This document shows, piece by piece, positions 57,826 through 64,000 of a stretch of 64,000 nt of DNA. Within the stretch, counting starts at the first letter, position 1. The number at the start of each line of letters is the position of its first letter. The DNA is from an uncultured Anaerolineaceae bacterium (GTDB lineage Bacteria > Chloroflexota > Dehalococcoidia > Tepidiformales > Tepidiformaceae). A program made the translations under genes and the position numbers. The notes below the pieces were generated by a model. That model was not told where the DNA came from and ran no database searches. It worked only from the letters and a program-made list of their open reading frames with translations. Location of the stretch: positions 100,145 to 164,144 of the forward strand of contig CAYMDV010000004.1 of assembly GCA_964389725.1 (NCBI GenBank). The letters run 5' to 3'.

Positions 57826-59808
57826 TCAAAGGAGCCTGCCGGATCCAGCGCCATCCAAGTACTCTCGGACAGCCAGCTCGAAGGCAAGCTTCGCAGGATC
57901 AGTCTCATCTGTCGCGCCGCCTCCTCGTCGGGCCGCTGGGCCCTTCCCCAGCTTGGCGCGGAAGCGATCTTCAAAGTCGTGGGGCGACTCGTGGATTGTG
58001 CCCAACACTCGGTCGAGGTCAGATGGCGCCTCCAAGACTCCATCGGCCAACTCGTCGAGGAATAGGGCCAGGTTTAGGCGAGCGACCCCTTCGTCCGTAT
58101 CGAGAGCGAATTCCTGCTGGCCCACCATCGCCGTGGAGCCTGCAGCCGCAGCAACGGTGGCGTGGAGTTCTGGATGTTCAATGCTGATACGCTCTCTCCC
58201 CCTCCACTGCGATAGCCTGTCCTCGCTGTGTTGTCTCGGGCTCGCTGCCGAGTCCCACTCGCTAATTCCGAGCTTCTCCTGAAGGCTAGCCAGAACCACC
58301 GTGCGCTGGTGGTCTGAGAGTCGGGGGTCTACGTAAACGCGCATTGCCCAGAGCCCGTGGTGGCTCTCGATAATCTCCGAGCCTCGTGCCCCGTTCGCCC
58401 GGTCCCATGTCTCGAGCGAGACGATTTCGCTTGGCGACCCATCGTCCACCAGCACGTCGGCTGGCTTAAGGCGCATCGCTGGGTTAGGCACCCAGAGCGC
58501 AACCATCCACCCGTGCTCCGCACCTGCCCGGCGGGCTGCGTATCGCTCTACGTCGGCCCTTGCCTTGGGGTCGCGGTAACGTTGATAAAGTCTGTCTCCC
58601 ATGTGTCTCTTTGTGTATTCGCCGATCGGCTTGAAGAGCCTGCGCCTCTGAAGCTGTTTCACGATGTCTGCGACACCCTCCCAGGGTCCATGCGAATCAC
58701 GTTGCCCAGCCTCGTACAGCATGTGCTCAAGCAATCCGTCGTCCCCTCGTCGCAGTGCTTCCGCTTCGATTCGCTCCTTTGCATCAACACCGGAATCCTC
58801 TTCCGCGAGGGCGGTCTCCCACATCTCCATCGCTTTTCCGACCATCACGTCAGCTGCGAGTTTGGCATGGTGGACTAACGCGCGCTCGCTCAGTTCGTAG
58901 CGATAGCGCAAGTACTTGAAGAGCTCGGAGACAACGTCGGCTCGTTGCCGGTTGCCCCTAGTGATCCGAATCACCATGCGGCGCGGATAGTCTGAGTGGT
59001 CCGACCGGGTGACATAGAACCCGTCAAGAAACCTACTACCAAATGCGGCCGGCAAGCCTGTGTGCAGATGGTCTCGCTGAAGGTAGTCAATCAGGTCCGC
59101 ACAGATGGTATTGCCAACAAGGTCATAGACGAACGGGTACTTCTTGGGTATCGACTGAGCCTGGCCAGACTTCGAGAGGATGAGGGGCTTCAGTTGCTCG
59201 GTCAGTTCCTTTGGCACCTTGATCCCATGCCGTGCGACGTCTGACGGCTCGTTCAGATCGGCCTCGATAGCATCCCAGAGGGTCTCGTAACGCTCTTCGT
59301 TCGCATCATGTGATCTGAAGAATCCCAGGTCATCTTCCAAAGTGTGACCAAACGGAACATGACCGAGGTCGTGCAAGAGCCCGCCCAGCCGAGCAAGGAC
59401 CGTAGCCTCACCCACCATTCGTTGAAACTCTTCGGGGGTCTCGTTCTCACGCCACTGTTCGAAGAGGTCAGGGATGGGGTGTCTCTCCGCCCCCTGCCGC
59501 AAGACTACGTCCATGAGATCCTGCGCTGCGCGGAGAGTACCTAGCGCATGGGAGAAACGCGTGTGCGTGGCACTCGGATACACCAACTGGGTAGTTCCGA
59601 GTTGGCGCACCCGTCGCAGTCGCTGGAGCGAAGCAGTGTCGAGAACAGCGGTCTCGAGCACGGTGAGGTAGATGTCCCCATGGATTGGGTCAGTGATCTG
59701 CTTATGAGGGTGTAGCCACTCCGAGGGTAAGCCCCACGGCCGGGCCTTGAGTTGTTCCTCGGTCAGTCCCCACTTAGGCAAGAGCACGCCCCCAAAGCCA
59801 TGATACAT
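57826..59808 (-). CDS. SAMHD1-like HD-domain deoxynucleoside triphosphate triphosphohydrolase-family protein with ~310-aa uncharacterised C-terminal region
   Basis: 660-aa ORF. ITDPIHGDIYLTVLE, LQRLRRVRQLG, VYPSATHTRFSHALGT (H), LLHDLGHVPFGH (HD...H), ICADLIDYLQRDHLHTG (D). This is the SAMHD1/dGTPase HD motif order. GAGAGGG lies upstream of the ATG. Low G+C. Confidence 0.85.
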   Translation of the reverse strand: MYHGFGGVLLPKWGLTEEQLKARPWGLPSEWLHPHKQITDPIHGDIYLTVLETAVLDTASLQRLRRVRQLGTTQLVYPSATHTRFSHALGTLRAAQDLMDVVLRQGAERHPIPDLFEQWRENETPEEFQRMVGEATVLARLGGLLHDLGHVPFGHTLEDDLGFFRSHDANEERYETLWDAIEADLNEPSDVARHGIKVPKELTEQLKPLILSKSGQAQSIPKKYPFVYDLVGNTICADLIDYLQRDHLHTGLPAAFGSRFLDGFYVTRSDHSDYPRRMVIRITRGNRQRADVVSELFKYLRYRYELSERALVHHAKLAADVMVGKAMEMWETALAEEDSGVDAKERIEAEALRRGDDGLLEHMLYEAGQRDSHGPWEGVADIVKQLQRRRLFKPIGEYTKRHMGDRLYQRYRDPKARADVERYAARRAGAEHGWMVALWVPNPAMRLKPADVLVDDGSPSEIVSLETWDRANGARGSEIIESHHGLWAMRVYVDPRLSDHQRTVVLASLQEKLGISEWDSAASPRQHSEDRLSQWRGRERISIEHPELHATVAAAAGSTAMVGQQEFALDTDEGVARLNLALFLDELADGVLEAPSDLDRVLGTIHESPHDFEDRFRAKLGKGPAARRGGGATDETDPAKLAFELAVREYLDGAGSGRLL

Positions 59809-59845
59809 CCTGCCCTCTCGGGGCCACTGCTGAACGGCCCCTGCC

Positions 59846-59934
59846 CGTGACTAGGACGTGACCTCCTCGGATACGCTCACGTGTTCTATCCATTATGCTA
59901 TTGAGGGCCTTGGTGGCCTGCGAAGGCACAGGCC
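59846..59934. promoter_or_regulatory. divergent control region between HD/ImmA operon and SIR2-APAZ/pAgo operon with repeated CGTGA motifs and back-to-back -10-like boxes
   Basis: CGTGAC occurs at 59846-51 and 59857-62 (11-bp spacing), with an inverted TCACG at 59877-81. TGCTATTGA (59896-59904, + strand, same TGCTAT core as the nusA and ftsH elements) overlaps CATAAT on the - strand (59897-59892). Inverted repeat GGCCTG-N8-CAGGCC lies at 59915-59934. Confidence 0.25.
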
Positions 59935-59995
59935 TCAGCGCCGCTCCGCGACTAAGTCTTCTCGTCTTGTCGCTCAAAACTGAGGAGCTCGCCTC

Positions 59996-61894
59996 TTGCC
60001 CGGATCGGCAACTGTGAGAAACCCTACAAACCCCGACTCGGACCACATCCTAGCTGGACAGCCCGAGCTTGCTGCCTTCGCTCGGAGCTTCTCGCAGCGA
60101 GCGCCGCGACTTGCCTGGTTCCTCGGTGCGGGTGCTAGTGCCCAGTCGTTCGTCCCCACGGCTGAACAACTGGTCGACGTTCTGTTGCGACAAATCTACT
60201 GCACCGAGCGCGGCGTTCCGGTCGACTCGATTGACTTGGGGGACCGTCATCAACGCCGAAGGCTGCATGAGATATACAGCGGTCAAGAGGGCCTCTCCCT
60301 TGATGGCGATCCGAGCTTCTACTCGGAGGTCTTTGAGCGTGCCTACGCGAGCCCGCAGGACCGGGCGGCATTCATCGAGAGTCAGGTACGGGAGGCTGCT
60401 CCAAACTATGGCCATCAGGTGCTGGCGGCGCTTGTTGCAGCAAACTCCCTGCGGCTCGTTGCCACCACCAACTTCGATCCGCTCATCGAGCGGGCGATCA
60501 ATCCGCTGCTTGACGGCCAGTTGTTGGATGGCCGCCAACTCGATGTAGCAGATCTTGACAATCCAGGCAGAGTGGCCAGGGCTCTGTCAGCCGATCGATG
60601 GCCTCTCCTCGTGAAGCTGCACGGGGACTACCGCTCTGACGACCTCAAGAACATTTCGACAGAACTTCAGGAGCAGGACGAGGAACTGCGGCGCACGATG
60701 ACTAGCGCCCTGTCTCGACTTGGTTTGGTGGTCGTTGGCTACAGCGGTCGTGACGAGTCGATTATCAACATGCTTCAGGACGTGCTCGCTTTGCCAACGC
60801 CGTTCCCGGCTGGCTTGGTCTGGGTGAAGCGTCCGCAAGACGCGCTGCTGCCATCCGTCGCGGACCTGTTGTCCAATGCGCAGGCGGCGGGCGTGGAGAC
60901 ATCCATCGTGACTGCTAGTTCCTTCGTAGACCTCACGACGCGAATTCAGCAGGCGATGACGCTGCCGACGCCCGTTAGACAGTGGCTTTCTGCGAGGGCT
61001 CCAACGCTGACTCGTCGGGCCGAGACAGCCGTTAAGGGGCCAACGGGCACAGGGCCCATCCTTCAGCTCAACGCTCTTCCCGTTGAACAACTCCCCTCTA
61101 AGGCCAGACGCCTCGAGTGGGCCGCCAATCCCGTTTCGATAGATAGCCTCCGCGAGGCGCTACGTGGCCCCGAGCGGAACGCTCTGGTGGGCCTGGTGAG
61201 CGGCACTGCCGCAGCGTTTGGACAAGACTCGACCCTACGGGCAGCACTTGTCGGTGCTGGGGTTCGGGTTACCGATGCCTACGAGTCACTCGACCTAGGT
61301 GCTGACGACTCAGGCGAAGTGGATACTCAGGCCCTTGGTCTTGTCACGGATGCCTTAGTTGTCGGGCTCGCAAGGCTGCGAGGTCTCAGGCCTGTGTTGC
61401 GTCGCCATCGGCCACACCTGCTCCGAGTTATCCGTCCGAACGACCCAGCTCTTCAGCCGTTGAATCGAGCTTGTGGCGGTCCACTGAGGGGAGAAATCCA
61501 CCACCGCGCCTCCGGTCTCCGACTTCCGTGGGCAGAGGCAGTCTCGGCCAATCTGGAGCGGAGACATGGCCAGTGGTGGCTGCTACTCAACCCAGAAATC
61601 TGGACTCGGCGCGAACCGCTCCCAGGGGATGGCGGGGCACCCCCTTCGCACGCCGAACTTGGCGCGCTTCTCGACCAGCGCAAGGAGTTCATTCGAGAGA
61701 GGAACGCAAAGCGGTACAACCGGCAGACGGGGGAAATCTTGACGGCGTGGATGGAAATCCTGACTGGGGGCCAGCGGGCCGAAATCAGGACGTTCGGCCT
61801 GCAAGGTGGCGCAGGCATCGATGCAGGCTTCGTGCTGGACGGTAGGGCTGCGACTAGTCTTCCGCTTCTCTCTCGAAACGGATCACGAGACTAA
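59996..61894 (+). CDS. SIR2-APAZ protein (NADase effector partner of short pAgo; SPARSA-type)
   Basis: 632-aa ORF. The start is uncertain (TTG 59996 or GTG 60014). SIR2_2-type motifs: LAWFLGAGASAQSFVPT (Rossmann G-A-G-x-S), LVATTNFDPLIERA (catalytic Asn region), LLVKLHGDYRSDD (catalytic His), VVVGYSGRDESI. The C-terminal ~330 aa matches the expected APAZ position. Its stop overlaps the pAgo ATG (TAATG). Confidence 0.85.
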   Translation: MPGSATVRNPTNPDSDHILAGQPELAAFARSFSQRAPRLAWFLGAGASAQSFVPTAEQLVDVLLRQIYCTERGVPVDSIDLGDRHQRRRLHEIYSGQEGLSLDGDPSFYSEVFERAYASPQDRAAFIESQVREAAPNYGHQVLAALVAANSLRLVATTNFDPLIERAINPLLDGQLLDGRQLDVADLDNPGRVARALSADRWPLLVKLHGDYRSDDLKNISTELQEQDEELRRTMTSALSRLGLVVVGYSGRDESIINMLQDVLALPTPFPAGLVWVKRPQDALLPSVADLLSNAQAAGVETSIVTASSFVDLTTRIQQAMTLPTPVRQWLSARAPTLTRRAETAVKGPTGTGPILQLNALPVEQLPSKARRLEWAANPVSIDSLREALRGPERNALVGLVSGTAAAFGQDSTLRAALVGAGVRVTDAYESLDLGADDSGEVDTQALGLVTDALVVGLARLRGLRPVLRRHRPHLLRVIRPNDPALQPLNRACGGPLRGEIHHRASGLRLPWAEAVSANLERRHGQWWLLLNPEIWTRREPLPGDGGAPPSHAELGALLDQRKEFIRERNAKRYNRQTGEILTAWMEILTGGQRAEIRTFGLQGGAGIDAGFVLDGRAATSLPLLSRNGSRD

Positions 61895-63321
61895 TGCCGG
61901 GAAGCCTCGTCGACCTCGCTCCGTACGTCGTCATCCCAGAACCGCTGTTGAGCTTCGACCCCGTCGATCCTTCCCAGCGGGCCCTCAATCCTCAGGTCGG
62001 CCTCCTCAGGCATGGTCCGTTTTCGGCTCGCAATTGGCCTGAAGAAGAAGCCGCCGTGCGAGTCGCAATGCTCTCGCCCGAGGACGACCTGCAGAAGCTA
62101 AAGGATCTGTTGAACGAGATTCATTCCAGACAGCGTGTCATCGAGAGACGTCCCTACCTTCCCGACTACCCCGGCTTTCGCGGCGCATTCCACTGTCCGA
62201 TCGTTCCTGCAGCCGAAGCCGCCCAAGTCTCGCTACCCTCTGACTTGGATGACCGCTTCGAGGGCGCGCTCGAGCCACATGGCGAATTAGTGGCAACCTT
62301 CTCTCACAGCCTGCGCCAACTCAAGGCCGTCCAATCGCTGTTCGATGTCGTCGTCTTCTACCTGCCCAAGAGGTGGCAGCGTGCGTTCGTCGTAGGGGAT
62401 TTCGACTTGCACGACGCGATCAAGGCCGACGCAGCTCAATTGGGCCTGCCAACGCAGATTGTCACGGACGACGCCATCGAGTACCGCTGTAGGGCGAGCG
62501 TCGCTTGGCGCCTTGGCCAAGCGTTGTACGCCAAAGCAGGGGGTGTGCCCTACAAGCTTGCCACGAACACTGGGCTCCTCGACGCTGACGCTGCCTTTGT
62601 AGGCCTTGCCTATGCAACGCGGAAACGCGATGACGGGGCGACCGCGTTCACGGTGTGTGCTAGCCAGATTTTTGACTCCGCAGGCGGTGGTATGGACTTC
62701 GTCGCCTTTGAAGTCTCAGATGATGTGGATCCAGAGAACCCCCTTCTCAGTCGAGAGCAAATGCGCGGCGTCATATCAGCGACCCTAGGGGTCTACGCCG
62801 ACCGTACGTCGGGCCACCGTCCACGCCGGCTTGTTGTCCACAAAGTGCTCCCGTTCACAGAGGAGGAAGTTGCTGGCTGCGCCGACGCATGGGGCGAGGG
62901 CACGGACCTCGAGTGCATCAGCCTCTCGCGGTCCCCCTGGCTTGGCGTTGAACTGATGCCAGGTGGGACAGGGCAGTGGAGCTATGCCATGCGTCGAGGG
63001 ACACTGTTGCCACTGGATGACTTCAGTCGGCTTATCTGGGTGGCGGGGAATGCTCCTTCGGCCACCTTGTCAGGCAAGGCAAACTACTTTCAGTCCGGCA
63101 AAGGCGTGCCGCGACCGCTCCTGATGACCCGTTGGGCGGGTACTGGCGACCTTACCCAAGCAGCAACCGAGGTCTTGGCGCTAAGTAAGATCGACTGGAA
63201 CAACGATGCGCTCTACGACGCCATCCCGGTGACTGTGCGATATGCCCAGATCCTTGCCAGAGTGGTGAAGCACGTTCCTGCTCTGCCCCAGATCCCCTTC
63301 GACTACCGGCTCTTCATGTAG
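61894..63321 (+). CDS. short prokaryotic Argonaute (MID-PIWI only)
   Basis: 475-aa ORF, too short for the N/PAZ domains. MID-like 5'-end pocket pattern H173-x3-K177 (FDLHDAIKAD), Q188 (LPTQIV), K214 (ALYAKAGGVPYKL). The PIWI-like C-terminal half ends in a hydrophobic tail (...PFDYRLFM). I could not locate a DEDX tetrad by eye. Operonic with the SIR2-APAZ gene. Confidence 0.85.
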   Translation: MPGSLVDLAPYVVIPEPLLSFDPVDPSQRALNPQVGLLRHGPFSARNWPEEEAAVRVAMLSPEDDLQKLKDLLNEIHSRQRVIERRPYLPDYPGFRGAFHCPIVPAAEAAQVSLPSDLDDRFEGALEPHGELVATFSHSLRQLKAVQSLFDVVVFYLPKRWQRAFVVGDFDLHDAIKADAAQLGLPTQIVTDDAIEYRCRASVAWRLGQALYAKAGGVPYKLATNTGLLDADAAFVGLAYATRKRDDGATAFTVCASQIFDSAGGGMDFVAFEVSDDVDPENPLLSREQMRGVISATLGVYADRTSGHRPRRLVVHKVLPFTEEEVAGCADAWGEGTDLECISLSRSPWLGVELMPGGTGQWSYAMRRGTLLPLDDFSRLIWVAGNAPSATLSGKANYFQSGKGVPRPLLMTRWAGTGDLTQAATEVLALSKIDWNNDALYDAIPVTVRYAQILARVVKHVPALPQIPFDYRLFM

Positions 63322-63369
63322 CCAGCCACGATCAGTTCCACAGGTGCAGTCGGATGGCGCCGGTGGGGT

Positions 63370-63390
63370 GCCCGACCTCGGGCTTGATTG
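63370..63390 (+). terminator. possible intrinsic terminator downstream of pAgo
   Basis: GCCCG-ACCT-CGGGC followed by TTGATTG, ~50 nt after the pAgo stop. The stem is short (5 bp), so support is weak. Confidence 0.25.
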
Positions 63391-63728
63391 CCGAGCTCCC
63401 GGTTTGGAGGCCGCGCGCTAGCCAGCGTCTTGTTTCTGCCTAGGCGCTGGTGGACGAGACTCGTCCGCTACAGTCCTAGGCAACCCCTGCCCACGCAATT
63501 GGGCGCGCGCGATCATCCGCGCCAGTATCCGCAGCCCCGACTCCAGCGTCTCGCGCTGCTCTGCCGTGTAGGTGTCCCGCCCCGTCGCGTCGTCCATACG
63601 TTAGCTCTCCCGTATCGCCTTCCAGCGTTCCGGTAGGAGGTCGGTGGGACAACTACTTGGGAGGGGATGCATGGGTGAACCCGGCGTGCTTCCCGGGCAC
63701 TTTGCGGTCAGCCCGCTAGACTGACGCC

Positions 63729-64000
63729 GTGACCGCGACCCAGGACGCCAACAGCGCCACGACCGGCTACGAGGCCGAGCTGTGGGGGATGGCCGACGCC
63801 CTCCGCGGGAGCATGGACGCGGCCGAGTACAAGCACGTCGTTCTCGGGCTTATCTTCCTCAAGTACATCTCCGACGCCTTCGAGGAGGCCCACGCCAGGC
63901 TCGTGTCGGAGCAGGACCAGGGGGCCGACCCCGAGGACCCCGACGAGTACCGCGCCCAGAGCATCTTCTGGGTGCCGCCGGAGGCGCGCTGGGCGTACCT
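63729..64000 (+). CDS. hsdM: type I restriction-modification system methyltransferase subunit HsdM (5' part; continues beyond window)
   Basis: Not in the ORF track because it is open at the window edge. GTG at 63729 is the first start after an in-frame TAG (63717-19). My translation: [58 protein letters not shown]...[15 protein letters not shown]. This is the classic HsdM N-terminal domain. Confidence 0.85.
   Translation, partial: MTATQDANSATTGYEAELWGMADALRGSMDAAEYKHVVLGLIFLKYISDAFEEAHARLVSEQDQGADPEDPDEYRAQSIFWVPPEARWAY

Noticed and set aside
57826-59808. HD protein as a Cas3-type HD nuclease or CRISPR-associated gene
   Set aside because: No helicase domain, no cas genes and no repeat array occur anywhere in the window. 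The motif order matches SAMHD1/dGTPase-type HD proteins instead.
59774-60046. 90-aa minus-strand ORF in the defence-island divergent spacer, considered as the missing HTH (CapH/ImmR-like) partner of the M78 protease
   Set aside because: The sequence (MVRVGVCRVSHSCRSGQEASS...) has no helix-turn-helix character. It overlaps the HD gene 5' end and the SIR2-APAZ 5' end, and it looks like a chance ORF.
59996-61894. SIR2 protein as Thoeris ThsA or a DSR-type stand-alone SIR2 effector
   Set aside because: It is translationally coupled to a MID-PIWI Argonaute. Its C-terminal half sits where APAZ is expected, and no ThsB/TIR gene is present.
63388-63636. 82-aa + strand ORF between pAgo and hsdM
   Set aside because: The translation is Arg/Pro/Leu-rich with no features. 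The opposite-strand 59-codon ORF looks more protein-like and is reported as a low-interest finding instead.

Overview
This is a high-G+C bacterial chromosomal segment. Hand-counted 60-nt lines give about 72% G+C at 45001-45060, against 48% at 57301-57360 and at 62101-62160. It holds about 66 tightly packed genes. I recognised no rRNA, tRNA, CRISPR array, transposase or integrase.

Positions 1 to ~56.7 kb are mostly core genome:
- Two 2-oxoacid dehydrogenase operons: a branched-chain-type E1a/E1b/E2 at 1-2942 and a PDH/acetoin-type at 7048-10277.
- Leucine dehydrogenase and the nusA-ylxR-infB-rbfA-truB operon.
- degV-recG, rpe, rpmB, yloV, rplS and dut.
- Two F420 genes (cofE and an F420 reductase), then ftsH and rplU-rpmA-rpmE.
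- hisH-hisA-hisF-hisI.
- A 768-aa ligA with an internal partial duplication of its HhH region.
- mreBCD-mrdA-rodA.
- A cyclase / 2x SDR / AlkD-like / CoA-transferase block.
- A nirA / nitrate reductase / narK nitrate-assimilation operon, whose last stop codon directly abuts a truncated ABC-permease remnant.

From ~56.7 kb to the window end the G+C drops visibly and the content becomes a defence island with three modules:
1. A SAMHD1-like HD dNTPase (660 aa) translationally coupled to an ImmA/IrrE Zn-metallopeptidase, with no HTH partner. I know of no named system with this architecture, and it is my top candidate for an undescribed system.
2. A divergently transcribed SIR2-APAZ plus short prokaryotic Argonaute operon (SPARSA-type).
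3. The 5' end of a type I R-M hsdM.

Smaller accessory islets:
- A DUF5678-like plus retropepsin-like protease pair (6269-7032).
- An orphan VapB/Rv0623-like antitoxin (2996-3304).
- A membrane-anchored hypothetical protein (24451-24909).

Many long ORFs in the track are antisense shadow ORFs typical of high-G+C DNA and were rejected. The gene content (F420, MreBCD, high G+C) suggests a Chloroflexota/Thermomicrobia-like or actinobacterial-like organism. That is a guess I cannot verify without a database search.
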